DNA of 64,000 nt from Haliotis cracherodii. Its lineage: Eukaryota. Under the pieces are notes generated by a model, which was given only the letters and a program-made list of their open reading frames with translations, did no database searches and was not told where the DNA came from. The stretch is from contig NW_027266285.1 of assembly GCF_022045235.1 (NCBI RefSeq), positions 4,092,001 through 4,156,000 on the forward strand, written 5' to 3'. The position numbers and the translations under genes are program-made. Positions 12,836 through 28,690 of the stretch are shown in pieces. Numbering within the stretch: position 1 is the stretch's first letter; every line of letters begins with the position of its first letter.

Positions 12836-12998
12836 NNNNNNNNNNNNNNNNNNNNNNNNNNNNNNNNNNNNNNNNNNNNNNNNNNNNNNNNNNNNNNNNN
12901 NNNNNNNNNNNNNNNNNNNNNNNNNNNNNNNNNNNNNNNNNNNNNNNNNNNNNNNNNNNNNNNNNNNNNNNNNNNNNNNNNNNNNNNNNNNNNNNNNN
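12836..12998. other. Assembly gap (N run)
   Basis: 163 consecutive N. Confidence 1.
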
Positions 12999-13138
12999 AT
13001 AGATATTTTTGAAAGATTCTCTGAGACAAAGAATTGTTTTGAAATTTAAAGGCAATCATACACATTCTTCACAAAATTGGTGTGTTTGGGCATGCAAGCT
13101 CGTGGAGACATGAAGTCCTTGTATGAAAGTTTGTTAAA

Positions 13139-16100
13139 TTAACATAGAGCACTAAGGCTATCGTAACCCCCATACTTTAACATAGAGCACAAAGGCGATC
13201 GTAACCCCCATACTTTAACATGGAACACTGAGGCGATCGCAACTCCCATACTTTAACATGGAGCACTAAGGCGATCGTAACTGCAAAACGTTCACATGGA
13301 GCACTGAGGCTATTGTAACTCCCATACTTTAACACGGAACACTGAGGCTATCGTAACCCCCATACTTTAACATGGAACACTGAGGCGATCGCAACTCCCA
13401 TACTTTAACATGGAGCACTAAGGCGATCGTAACTGCAAAACGTTCACATGGAGCACTGAGGCTATTGTAACTCCCATACTTTAACACGGAACACTGAGGC
13501 TATCGTAACTCCCATACTTTAACATGGAGCACAAAGGCGATCGTAACTCTCATATTTTAACATGGATCACTAAGGCTATCTTGATTCCCATACTTAAACA
13601 TGGAGCACAAAGGCGATCGTAACTCCCATGCTTTAACATGGAGCACTGAGGCTATCGTAACTCCCATACTTTAACATAGAACACTATAGCGATCGCAACT
13701 CCCATACTTTAACATGGAATACTGAGACGATCGTAACTCCCATACTTTAACATGAAGCACTAAGGTGATCGTAACTCTCATTCTTTAACATGGATCACTA
13801 AGGCGATCGTAACTCTCATATTTTAACATGGAGCACTGAGGCTATCGTAACTCCCATACTTAAGAAAGAGCACTAAGGCTATCGTAATTCCCATACTTTA
13901 ACATGGAGCACAAGGGCGATCGTAATTCCCATACTTTAACTTGGAACACTGAGGCGATCGTAACTCCCATGCTTTAACATGGATCACTAAGGCGATCGTC
14001 ATTCCCATACTTAAACATGGAGCACTGAGGCTATCGTAACTCCCATGCTTTAACACGGAACACTTAGGCTATTGTAACTCCCATACTTTAACATAGAGCA
14101 CAGAGGCTATTGTAACTCCCATACTTTACACATAGAGCACTGAGGCTATTGTAACTCCCATACTTTAACATGGAGCACTAAGGCGATCATAACCCCCATA
14201 CTTTAACATGGAACACTGCGGCGATCGTAACTCCCATACTTTAACATAGAGCACTAAGGCGATCGTAACTCTCATTCTTTAACATGGAGCACTAAGGCGA
14301 TCGTAACTGCAAAACGTTCACATGGAGCACTGAGGCTATTGTAACTCCCATACTTTAACACGGAACACTGAGGCTATCGTAACTCCCATACTTTAACATG
14401 GAGCACAAAGGCGATCGTAACTCTCATATTTTAACATGGATCACTAAGGCGATCGTGATTCCCATACTTAAACATGGAGCACTGAGGCTATCGTAACTCC
14501 CATACTTTAACATAGAGCACTAAGGCTTTCGTAACTCCCATACTTTAACATTGAGCACTAAGGCGATCGTAACTCTCATACTTAAACATGGAGCACTAAG
14601 GCGATCATAACTCCTATACTTTAACATGGAGCACTAAGGCGATCGTAACTCTCATACTTTAACATGGAGCACTAAGGCGATCGTAACTCTCATACTTTAA
14701 CATGGAGCACTGAGGCTATCGTAACTCCCATACTTTAACATAGAGCACTAAGGCTTTCGTAACTCCCATACTTTAACATTGAGCACTAAGGCGATCGTAA
14801 CTCTCATACTTAAACATGGAGCACTAAGGCGATCGTAACTCTCATACTTTAACATGGAGCACTGAGGCTATCGTAACTCCCATACTTTAACATAGAGCAC
14901 TAAGGCTTTCGTAACTCCCATACTTTAACATTGAGCACTAAGGCGATCGTAACTCTCATACTTAAACATGGAGCACAAAGGCGATCGTAACTCCCATGCT
15001 TTAACATGGAGCACTGAGGCTATCGTAACTCCCATACTTTAACATAGAACACTATAGCGATCGCAACTCCCATACTTTAACATGGAACACTGAGACGATC
15101 GTAACTCCCATACTTTAACATGAAGCACTAAGGTGATCGTAACTCTCATTCTTTAACATGGATCACTAAGGCGATCGTAACTCTCATATTTTAACATGGA
15201 TCACTAAGGCGATCGTAACTCTAATACTTTAACATGGAGCACTAAGGCGATCGTAACTCTCATACTTTAACATGGAGCACTGAGGCTATCGTAACTCCCA
15301 TACTTTAACATAGAGCACTAAGGCTTTCGTAACTCCCATACTTTAACATAGAGCACTAAGGCTATCTTGATTCCCATACTTAAACATGGAGCACAAAGGC
15401 GATCGTAACTCCCATGCTTTAACATGGAGCACTGAGGCTATCGTAACTCCCATACTTTAACATAGAACACTATAGCGATCGCAACTCCCATACTTTAACA
15501 TGGAACACTGAGACGATCGTAACTCCCATACTTTAACATGAAGCACTAAGGTGATCGTAACTCTCATTCTTTAACATGGATCACTAAGGCGATCGTAACT
15601 CTCATATTTTAACATGGATCACTAAGGCGATCGTAACTCTAATACTTTAACATGGAGCACTGAGGCTATCGTAACTCCCATACTTTAAGAAAGAGCACTA
15701 AGGCTATCGTAATTCCCATACTTTAACATGGAGCACAAAGGCGATTGTAATTCCCATACTTTAACTTGGAACACTGAGGCGATCGTTACTCCCATGCTTT
15801 AACACGGAGCACAAAGGCGATCGTAACTCTCATATTTTAACATGGATCACTAAGGCGATCGTCATTCCCATACTTAAACATGCAGCACTGAGGCTATCGT
15901 AACTCCCATACTTTAACACGGAACACTTAGGCTATTGTAACTCCCATACTTTAACATAGAGCACTGAGGCTATTGTAACTCCCATACTTTAACATGGAGC
16001 ACAAAGGCGATTGTAATTCCCATACTTTAACTTGGAACACTGAGGCGATCGTTACTCCCATGCTTTAACACGGAGCACAAAGGCGATCGTAACTCTCATA

Positions 16101-17247
16101 TTTTAACATGGATCACTAAGGCGATCGTCATTCCCATACTTAAACATGCAGCACTGAGGCTATCGTAACTCCCATACTTTAACACGGAACACTTAGGCTA
16201 TTGTAACTCCCATACTTTAACATAGAGCACTGAGGCTATTGTAACTCCCATACTTTAACATAGAGCACTGAGGCCATTGTAACTCCCATACTTTAACATG
16301 GAGCACTAAGGCGATCATAACCCCCATACTTTAACATGGAACACTGCGGCGATCGTAACTCCCATACGTTAACATGGAACACTGCGGCGATCGTAACTCC
16401 CATACTTTAACATGGAGCACTAAGGCGATCGTAACTCCCATACTTTAACATGGAGCACTAAGGCGATCGTAACTCTCATACTTAAACATGGAGCACTAAG
16501 GCGATCGCAACTCCCATACTTTAACATGGAGCACTAAGGCGATCGTAACTCTCATACTTTAACATGGAGCACTAAGGCGATCGCAACTCCCATACTTTAA
16601 CATGGAGCACTAAGGCGATCGTAACTCTCATACTTTAACATGGAGCACTAAGGCGATCGCAACTCCCATACTTTGACATGGAACACTGAGACGATCGTAA
16701 CTCCCGTACTTTAACATGAAGCACTAAGGCGATCGTAACTCTCATACTTTAACATGGAGCACTAAGGCGATCGTAACTCTCATACGTTAACATGGAGCAC
16801 TGAGGCTATCGTAATTCCCATACTTTAACATGGAGCACAAAGGCGATCGTAATTCCCATACTTTAACTTGGAACACTGAGGCGATCGTAACTCCCATACT
16901 TTAACATGGAACACTGAGGCGATTGTAACTCCAAAACTTTGACATGGAGCACTAAGACGATCGTAACGCCCATACTTTGACATGGAACACTGAGGCGATC
17001 GTAACTCCCGTACTTTAACATGGAGCACAAAGGCGATCGTAATTCCCATACTTTAACTTGGAACACTGAGGCGATCGTAACTCCCATACTTTAACATGGA
17101 ACACTGAGGCGATTGTAACTCCAAAACTTTGACATGGAGCACTAAGGCGATCGTAACTCCCATACTTTGACATGGAGCACTAAGGCGATCGTAACTCCCA
17201 TACTTTGACATGGAACACTGAGGCGATCGTAACTCCCATACTTTAAC
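13139..17247. repeat. 38-bp satellite, about 108 copies, with internal multi-unit duplications
   Basis: Unit AACATGGAGCACTAAGGCGATCGTAACTCCCATACTTT; period 38 (13141 to 13179). Confidence 0.98.
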
Positions 17248-18091
17248 AGGAAGAACCTTTTTGTTCTTAAGGTCGCTTTGTGAAACGGGGCTATGGCACT
17301 GCAGTTGAACATGAAAACAGTATCGTCTTCATCAGGGTGATTCCTTGTCGTACCTTGGGCTATATTACAAACAGGGCTTTCTTTCATATTAGAATTTATT
17401 TCCAAAGTGATTAAGACTACACCCCCTGCCATACTAAAAATGAATAGTTCACATACCTGCCTCCCATAATTAACAACATAAAGGTAAAGACCATCGCTCA
17501 CAAGACGTCATCGGTTAATTTGCGGAAGGAGTGTTTGGGGGCGATCCCTTTATGTGGTAGGCATGTAATACCACGATGAATGTGAGTGGTATGGTGTCGT
17601 CATTAGTGGATGGATACCTGCTATGTAGTTGGTGGCGTCTTTCAAGTTTTTCAATTAGTTCAGCAAGCCTATTGTTTATCAAAGTGCAAATTGGCCCCAA
17701 TCCGGTAGCCGCTAATGTTCTATCTCACGACGTCGACACTGGTGTGAGACTGGGCGCCATCACACAAGCTCACCTGTATAATGCTATCATGGTTAAATCT
17801 CATTGTCTTAAAGTAGTTTATAATATCGAGCGCCTATAGCCGTGTTGACATAATGTCCTGTAACCCGAGATTGTCCAATTCCCGCCCGTTATTGCCCTTG
17901 TCACATAATATCGTGTTTAATTATGTGGGAAATACCGCTGGCTGTCACAACACAGTCTGAGACTTCAGCATGTGGAACCTGGAGATCGATAATCAGTGAT
18001 GACCATGCAGGGCAGCTAGCTTCATATTACAATAGTCCTGAAGTACATGCACTTTGGCTGCATTTACTGCATCTGCATTTAAATTACACCA

Positions 18092-19547
18092 GCACTAGCT
18101 GTACCTGTACTTATGATATACTCTCTGTACCTGTACTTATGATACACTCTCTGCACCAGTACTTATGATACACTCTCTGTACCAGTACTTATGATACACT
18201 CTCTGTACCAGTACTTATGATACACTAGTTGTACCTGTACTTATCATACACTAGTTGTACCTGTACTTATGATACACTCTCTGTACCTGTACTTATGATA
18301 CACTCTCTGCACCAGTACTTATGATACACTCTCTGTACCAGTACTTATGATACACTCTCTGTACCAGTACTTATGATACACTAGTTGTACCTGTACTTAT
18401 CATACACTAGTTGTACCTGTACTTATGATACACTCTCTGTACCTGTACTTATGATACACTCTCTGTACCAGTACTTATGATACACTAGTTGTACCTGTAC
18501 TTATGATACACTCGCTGTACCTGTACTTATGATACACTCTCTGTACCTGTACTTATGACACACTCTCTGCACCAGTACTTATGATACACTCTCGGTACCT
18601 GTACTTATGATACACTCTCTGTACCTGTACTTATGATACACTCTCTGCACCAGTACTTATGATACACTCTCTGTACCTCTACTTATGATACACTCTCTGC
18701 ACCAGTACTTATGATACACTCTCTGTACCTCTACTTATGATACACTCTCTGCACCAGTACTTATGATACATTCTCTGTACCTCTACTTATGATACACTCT
18801 CTGTACCTCTACTTATGATACACTAGTTGTACCTGTACTTATGATACACTAGCTGTACCAGTACTTATGATACACTCTTTGTACCTCTACTTATGATACA
18901 CTAGCTGTACCTGTACTTATGATACACTAGCTGTACCAGTACTTATGATGCACTCTTTGTACCAGTACTTATGATACACTAGCTGTACCTGTACTTATGA
19001 TACAGTAGCTGTACCTGTACTTATGATACACTAGTTGTACCTGTACTTATGATACACTCTCTGTACCTGTACTTATGATACACTCTCTGTACCTGTACTT
19101 ATGATACACTAGCTGTACCTGTACTTATGATACACTCTCTGTACCAGTACTTATGATACACTAGCTGTACCAGTACTTATGATACACTAGCTGTACCAGT
19201 ACTTATGATACACGAGTTGTACCTGTACTTATGATACACTAGCTGTACCTGTACTTATGATACACTCTTTGTACCAGTACTTATGATACACTCTTTGTAC
19301 CAGTACTTATGATACACTAGCTGTACCTGTACTTATGATACACTAGCTGTACCAGTACTTATGATACACTAGCTGTACCTGTACTTATGATACACTAGTT
19401 GTACCTGTACTTATGATACACTAGCTGTACCTGTACTTATGATACACTAGCTGTACCAGTACTTATGATTCCCTTGTTGTACCTGTACTTATGATACACT
19501 AGTTGTACCTGTCCTTATGATACACTAGTTGTACCTGTACTTATGAT
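18092..19547. repeat. 26-bp minisatellite, about 56 copies
   Basis: Unit GTACC(T/A)GTACTTATGATACACT(CTCT/AGCT/AGTT). Confidence 0.98.
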
Positions 19548-20686
19548 GCTCCACTCCGCCACTGTCAGCTAGTCAACAAACTGCCATGCAGGTCAATGGT
19601 AAAATTACTGTAAGGGTATTTGAAAAGTTAAATATAACCTCAACACTCACTCACGCAAAACCCTGGTTCCCAACTGTGCATCCTAACTTCACGACTCACC
19701 AAATTAATTAAACCGACAAATGGCTCCTGAGACGTGTCTTTTCCCAGGGGTCAGCTGGAAGGAAATTATGGTATTTTGTCTAACTGCTTCATGGCGATTG
19801 TCTCTGGTTTAAATGCAGGCTGTTATTTCCTCTCGCGTAACACCATAACTACTGAATCGTCCACGCTTTACGAAAAGAATGAACCATTACACGATTTCAA
19901 GTCATAAGGTTATTATTAGATTATCCATCTTGAGCTCTGTTTAAGAAAATCTTGATTAGTAGTTCTCAAAGAAATATGTATGGAATTGTAAAGATTTCGC
20001 ATACCCGAGGGACTGGAAATTCCGAAACACTGACAGCAGGCAATGACATGAGGACTACATTCTATCATGTGAGTAATATTCACCTTCATTCATCCGCCAT
20101 AACTACTGATCGGATACTGTGTAATCATGTGCCAATTTAATCTTCAGACTAAGACGCCTCCCCCGATATGTTTACCTGACCGGACGCCCGAGTGCACGTT
20201 ACAGCCAAGACATACCGAGCTGGAGAAGTGAGGTAACGTGCGCATCATGGACTGGGTGACGAGCTCGTTACGTGATGGCTGACCATCGAGCTCTCCCAGC
20301 TACACTCCACTAGCCACTTGAGGGCTGGTCAGTAATTATACAGACAGCGCTGTCTTGGTAGTGACTAATCAAGAATGACGGTGAACATGATGAAACTAAT
20401 TACTCGCCAAAAGGTACCGAATCACACCCACGTTGGATGTCTTGGAACTGCAGCTCTGACCACAGTAGATGGTAGTGTACAATAATAACATTGTTCTTGC
20501 TTATCTCAATTTTCTGCCAGTTTTCAAACCGCTGTTTGCGCTATCAAAGACCAACGACACAAACTATCAACTAACATAGACACTTAGATCGACATTTACT
20601 TGAGGTTTGCTTCATCAACAGACACCCAAAACAGAAACTTAGATCTTCAGTTACTTATTACTTCCAGTGCCATTGTGATTTTGCCT

Positions 20687-23600
20687 TACTTTCTGCTTCC
20701 TTTATCAACATACAACCAACACACACACGTAGATCGTGTGATACTTTCTGCTTCCTTTATCAACATACAACAAACACACACATATAGATCGTGCTTCACT
20801 TTCTGCCTCCTTTATCAACATACAACCAACACACACACGTAGATCGTGTCATACTTTCTGCTTCATTTATCAACAGACAACCAACACACACACTTAGATC
20901 GTGTGATACTTACTGCCAACTTTATCAACATACAACAAACACACACGTAGATCGTGTGATACTTTCTGCTTCCTTTATCAACATACAACAAACACACACA
21001 TATAGATCGTGCTTCACTTTCTGCCTCCTTTATCAACATACAACCAACACACACACGTAGATCGTGTCATACTTTCTGCTTCATTTATCAACAGACAACC
21101 AACACACACACTTAGATCGTGTGATACTTACTGCCAACTTTATCAACATACAACAAACACACACGTAGATCGTGTGATACTTTCTGCTTCATTTATCAAC
21201 ATACAACCATACACACACACGTAGATCGTGTCATACTTTCTGCCTCCTTTATCAACATACAATCAACACACACACGTAGATCGTGTCATATATTCTGCTT
21301 CCTTTATCGACATACAACCATACTCAGACTTAGATCGTGTCATACTTACTGCCTCCTTTATCGACATACAACCAACACACACACCTAGATCGTGTCATAC
21401 TGTCTGCCTCCGTTATCAACATACAAGAAACACACACACGTAGATCGTGTCATACTTTCTACTTCCTTTATCAACATACAACCAACACATACGTATATCG
21501 TGTCATACTTTCTGCCCCCGTTATCAACATACAACCAACACACACACTTAGGTCGTGTCATACTTTCTGCCTCCTTTATCAACATACAACCAACACACAC
21601 ACGTAGATCGTGTCATATATTCTGCTTCCTTTATCGACATACAACCATACTCAGACTTAGATCGTGTCATACTTTCTGATTCCTTTAATAACAGACAACC
21701 AACACACACACGTAGATCGTGAGTAACACACACACTTAGATTGTGTCATATATTCTGCTTCCTTTATCGACATACAACCATACTCAGACTTAGATCGTGT
21801 CATACTTTCTGATTCCTTTAATAACAGACAACCAACACACGCACGTAGATCGTGTGATACTTTCTGCTTCCTTTATCAACATACAACCAACACACACACT
21901 TAGATCGTGTCATATATTCTGCTTCCTATATCAACATACAACCAACACACACACTTAGATCGTGTCATATATTCTGCCTCCTATATCAACATACAACCAT
22001 ACTCAGAGTTAGATCGTGTCATACTTTCTGCTTCCTTTATCAACATACAACCAACACACACACTTAGATCGTGCCTTACTTTCTGCTTCCTTTATCAACA
22101 TACAACCAACACACACACGTGGATCGTGTCGTATTTTCTGATTCTTTTATCAACATACAACCAAAACACACTTAGATCGTGATTTACTTTCAGCTTCCTT
22201 TATCAACATAATATCAACACACACACACGTAGATCGTGCTTTACTTTCTGCTTCCTTTATCAACATACAATCAACACATACACTTAGATCGTGTTTTACT
22301 TTCTGCTTCCTTTATAAACATACAATCAACACACACACTTAGATCGTGTCATACTTTCTGCTTCCTTTATCAACATACAACCAAAACACACTGAGATCGT
22401 GCTTTACTTTCTGCTTCCTTTATCAACATACAATCAACACACACACTTAGATCGCGTCATACTTTCTGCTTTCTTTATCAACAACATACAATCAACACAC
22501 ACACGTAGATCGTGTCATACTTTCTGCTTCCTTTATCAACATACAACCATACTCACACTTAGATCGTGTCATACTTTCTGCTTCCTTTATCAACATACAA
22601 TCAACACACACACGTGGATCGTGCGTTACTTTCTGCTTCCTTTGTCAACATACAACCAACACACACACGTAGATCGTGTGATACTTTCTGCTTCCTTTAT
22701 CAACATACAATCAACACACACACGTGGATCGTGTCGTATTTTCTGCTTCTTTTATCAACATACAACCAAAACACACTTAGATCGTGCTTTACTTTCAGCT
22801 TCCTTTATCAACATACAATCAACACACACACTTAGATCGTGCTTTACTTTCTGCTTTCTTTATCAACATAATATCAACACACACACTTAGATCGTGCTTT
22901 ACTTTCTGCTTTCTTTATCAACATAATATCAACACACACACGTAGATCGTGCTTTACTTTCTGCTTCCTTTATCAACATACAATCAACACATACACTTAG
23001 ATCGTGTTTTACTTTCTGCTTCCTTTATCAACAACATACAATCAACACACACACGTAGATCGTGTCATACTTTCTGCTTCCGTTATCAACATACAACCAT
23101 ACTCAGAGTTAGATCGTGTCATACTTTCTGCTTCCTTTATCAACATACAATCAACACACACACTTAGATCGTGCCTTACTTTCTGCTTCCTTTGTCAACA
23201 TACAACCAACACACACACTTAGATCGTGTGATACATTCTGCTTCCTTTATCAACATACAACAAACACACACACTTAGATTGTGTCATATATTCTGCTTCC
23301 TATATCAACATACAAACATACTCAGACTTAGATCGGGTCATACTTCCTGCTTCCTTTATCAACATACAACCAACACACACACTTAGATCGTGTCATATAT
23401 TCTGCTTCCTACATCAACATACAACCATACTCAGACTTAGATAGTGTCATACTTTCTGCTTCCTTTATCAACATACAACCAACACACACACTTAGATCGT
23501 GTCATATATTCTGCTTCCTATATCAACATACAACCATACACACACACGTAGATCGTGTCATACTTTCTGCTTCCGTTATCAACATACAACCATACTCAGA

Positions 23601-26600
23601 CTTAGATAGTGTCATACTTTCTGCTTCCTTTATCAACATACAACCAACACACACACCTAGATCGTGTCATATAATCTGCTTCCTATATCAACATACAACC
23701 ATACACACACACGTAGATCGTGTCATACTTTCTGCTTCCTTTATCAACAACATACAATCAACTTACACACGTAGATCGTGTCATACTTTCTGCCTCCGTT
23801 ATCAACATACAACAAACATACACACGTAGATCGTGTCATACTTTCTAATTCCTTTATCAACATACAATCAACACACACACGTAGATCGTGTCATACTTTC
23901 TGCCCCCGTTATCAACATACAACAAACACACACACGTAGATCGTGCTTTACTTTCTGATTCCGTTATCAACATACAATTATACTCAGACTTAGATCGTGT
24001 CATACTTTCTGCCTCCTTTATCAACATACAACCAACACACACACTTAGATCGTGTCATACTTTCTGCCTCCTTTATCAACATACAACCATACACACACAC
24101 GTAGATCGTGTCATACTTTCTGCTTCCGTTATCAACATACAACCATACTCAGACTTAGATCGTGTGATACTTTCTGCTTCCTTTATCAACACACAATCAA
24201 CACACACACGTGGATCGTGTCGTATTTTCTGCTTCTTTTATCAACATACAACTAAAACACACTTAGATCGTGCTTTACTTTCAGCTTCCTTTATCAACAT
24301 ACAATCAACACACACACTTAGATCGTGCTTTACTTTCTGCTTTCTTTATCAACATAATATCAACACACACACTTAGATCGTGCTTTACTTTCTGCTTCCT
24401 TTATCAACATACAATCAACACACACACGTAGATCGTGTTTTACTTTCTGCTTCCTTTATCAACATACAATCAACACACACACTTAGACTGTGCTTTACTT
24501 TCTGCTTCCTTTATCAACATAATATCAACACACACACGAAGATCGTGTCATACTTTCTGCTTCCTTTATCAACAACATACAATCAACTTACACACGTAGA
24601 TCGTGTCATACTTTCTGCCTCCGTTATCAACATACAACAAACATACACACGTAGATCGTGTCATACTTTCTAATTCCTTTATCAACATACAATCAACACA
24701 CACACGTAGATCGTGTCATACTTTCTGTCCCCGTTATCAACATACAACAAACACACACACGTAGATCGTGCTTTACTTTCTGATTCCGTTATCAACATAC
24801 AATTATACTCAGACTTAGATCGTGTCATACTTTCTGCCTCCTTTATCAACATACAACCATACTCAGATTTAGATCGTGTCATACTTTCTGCTTCCTTTAT
24901 CAACATACAACCATACTCAGATTTAGATCGTGTGATACTTTCTGCTTCATTTATCAACATACAACCATACTCAGATTTAGATCGTGTGATACTTTCTGCT
25001 TCATTTATCAACATACAACCAACACACACACGTAGATCGTGTCATACTTTCTGCCTCCTTTATCAACATACAACCATACTCAGATTTAGATCGTGTCATA
25101 CTTTCTGCTTCCTTTATCAACATACAACCATACTCAGATTTAGATCGTGTGATACTTTCTGCTTCATTTATCAACATACAACCAACACACACACGTAGAT
25201 CGTGTCATACTTTCTGCTTCCGTTATCAACATACAACCATACTCAGACTTAATAACAGACAACCAACACACGCACGTAGATCGTGTGATACATTCTGCTT
25301 CCTTTATCAACATACAACCAACACACACACTTAGATCGTGTCATATATTCTGCTTCCTATATCAACATACAACCATACTCAGAGTTAGATCGTGTCATAC
25401 TTTCTGCTTCCTTTATCAACATACAACCAACACACACACTTAGATCGTGCCTTACTTTCTGCTTCCTTTATCAACATACAATCAACACACACACTTAGAT
25501 TGTGCTTTACTTTCTGCTTCCTTTATCAACATACAATCAACACACATACTTAGATCGTGTCATACTTTCTGCTTCCTTTATCAACAACATACAATCAACA
25601 CACACACGTAGATCGTGTCATACTTTCTGCTTCCGTTGTCAACATACAACCATACTCAGACTTAGATCGTGTCATACTTTCTGCTTCCTTTATCAACATA
25701 CAATCAACACACACACTTTGATCGTGCCTTACTTTCTGCTTCCTTTGTCAACATACAACCAACACACACACTTAGATCGTGTGATACCTCCTGCTTCCTT
25801 TATCAACATACAACCAACACACACACTTAGATCGTGTCATATATTCTGCTTCCTACATCAACATACAACCATACTCAGACTTAGATCGTGTCATACTTTC
25901 TGCTTCCTTTATCAACATACAACCAACACACACACCTAGATCGTGTCATATATTCTGCTTCCTATATCAACATACAACCATACACACACACACGTAGATC
26001 GTGTCATACTTTCTGCTTCCGTTATCAACATACAACCATACTCAGAGTTAGATCGTGTCATACTTTCTGCTTCCTTCATCAACATACAATCAACACACAC
26101 ACTTTGATCGTGCCTTACTTTCTGCTTCCTTTATCAACATACATCCAACACACACACGTAGATCGTGTGATACTTTCTGCTTCCTTTATCAACATACAAC
26201 AAACACACACACTTAGATTGTGTCATATATTCTGCTTCCTATATCAACATACAAACATACTCAGACTTAGATCGGGTCATACTTCCTGCTTCCTTTATCA
26301 ACATACAACCAACACACACACTTAGATCGTGTCATATATTCTGCTTCCTACATCAACATACAACCATACTCAGACTTAGATCGTGTCATACTTTCTGCTT
26401 CCTTTATCAACATACAACCAACACACACACGAAGATCGTGTGATACTTTCCGCTTCATTTTCAACAAACAAACAACACACACACATATAGATCGTGTCAT
26501 ACTTTCTGCTTCCTTTATCAACATACAATCAACACACACACTTAGATCGTGCCTTACTTTCTGCTTCCTTTATCAACATACAATCAACACACACACGTAG

Positions 26601-27140
26601 ATCGTGCTTTACTTTCTGCTTCCTTTATCAACATACAATCAACACACACACGTAGATAGTGCTTTACTTTCTGCTTCCTTTATCAACATACAACCAACAC
26701 ACACACTTAGATCGTGTCATACTTTCTGCTTCCTTTATCAACATACAACCAACACACACTGCGATCGTGCTTTACTTTCTGCCTCCTTTATCAACATACA
26801 ATCAACACACACACGTAGATAGTGCTTTACTTTCTGCCTCCTTTATCAACATACAATCAACACACACACGTAGATAGTGCTTTACTTTCTGCTTCCTTTA
26901 TCAACATACAACCAACACACACACTTAGATCGTGCTTTACTTTCTGCTTCCTTTATCAACATACAATCAACACACACACTTAGATCGTGTCATACTTTCT
27001 GCTTCCTTTATCAACATACAACCAAAACACACTGAGATCGTGCTTTACTTTCTGCCTCCTTTATCAACATACAACCAACACACACGTAGATCGTGTCATA
27101 CTTTCTGCTTCCTTTATCAACTATACTCACACTTAGATCA
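20687..27140. repeat. 54-55-bp satellite, about 118 copies
   Basis: Unit AGATCGTGTCATACTTTCTGCTTCCTTTATCAACATACAACCAACACACACACGT; a 54-bp variant ends CCATACTCAGACTT. Confidence 0.98.
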
Positions 27141-28226
27141 CACCACGTCCCTCATAACATAATTTGATATTGTAACTTACTCCGGTAGATGTATCCATTT
27201 AATAATCAGGAAACGTCTGTTACATATGTAATCCGCGGTTAACAACATTTCGCAACAAAAAAAAACCCCAGTCTGTGAACTATAATAATTTAATTCCCAA
27301 ATAAATTTATGGTTTTAGTAAAGATATGGATAATAAGAAGTTATAAAACGTTTCATTTTGATGATGTTGAAATGAGACTCAATTAGTTTCTGTGTCACTA
27401 AGAACCAGGATGAGAATGAATAAGAATTGATAAATTTCCATTTCCATTTCCGTTTTTAACTCAGTGACACCACACTGTATTAGATAAGGATATTGAAACG
27501 TAACATTAGAATCTAAATAAAAAATCGTCTTAATTTACTATTCTAAAAAGCTCAGCATTCATGACATAAAGCACATGGACGGGGTAAGAACTTCACGGTG
27601 ATATTATGAAGGGCCCTTGAGGTGCCCAGTATGGGAGCCGTTAAACGTAGGACTGCCCCCTTGGGATATTGCAGTGTAGAAAATCAATACAGTATTGTCT
27701 CATTGATGTCTTATTGTCAACTTGTGAAAATCCGGGATGAAATATGTTATTGAAGATATTATGAAAAACATGTAATGCATCTACTGCAATAAATATTATG
27801 CCTTTATTCCGTGGAGAGCAAGGTAATCGTCCCGCAGCGATTATTCATATTTCGTTACGCAGAAATCCTATAATTTAATCCAATTATTGGCTTAAATATT
27901 ATTCAGCTGAAGAAGCATTTTGACACTAGATCAGTAGGTGGAACCGAACTTGGTAAAAATCAGTCATTATGGAAAGTGTGATCTCCAAAGTTGACAGGAG
28001 CAAAGTCACATGCCACATAACAGTTAAGAACGGTTACAAGGACATACGATATTCATCCTATTCAAATGCATAGCATAAATGTTAATGGGAATATGAACAA
28101 TATAACATGATAATTAATATATACTGCCCAGTCTATACGTGATAATGTGACTTTTGGATAATTGTCAACACGTTTTGTATACTTCACTTTTCTCATCACA
28201 ACTGTGTGAAAAGTAAACAACTGAAC

Positions 28227-28690
28227 GTACACGCTACTAATAGAAGTATAGTACACTCTAGTAATAGAGGTATAGTACACGTTACTAATAGAAGTATAGT
28301 ACTCTCTAGTAATAGAAGTATAGTACACTCTAGTAATAGAAGTATAGTACATCCTAGTAATAGAAGTATAGTACACGCTAGTAATAGAAGTATATTACAC
28401 TCTAGTAATAGAAGTATATTACACGCTAGTAATAGAAGTATAGTGCATGCTAGTAATAGAAGTATATTACACGCTAGTAATAGAAGTATAGTGCATGCTG
28501 GGAATAGAAGTATATTACACGCTAGTAATAGAAGTATAGTGCATGCTGGGAATAGAAGTATAGTGCATGCTGGGAATAGAAGTATATTACATGCTAGTAA
28601 TAGAAGTATAGTGCATGCTAGGAATAGAAGTATAGTGCATGCTAGGAATAAAAGTATATTATATGCCAGTAATAGAGGAATATTATTATA
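28227..28690. repeat. 24-bp minisatellite, about 19 copies
   Basis: Unit TAGTAATAGAAGTATAGTACACTC drifting to ...GTGCATGC; this explains ORF 28206-28700. Confidence 0.96.

Noticed and set aside
17310-17720. Possible Penelope C-terminal relic with CTGATGAAGAC on the minus strand
   Set aside because: Only vague similarity (NDDTIPLTF) and no GAAA core; too weak to call.
20600-27162. Dozens of short ORFs
   Set aside because: They are translations of the 55-bp satellite.
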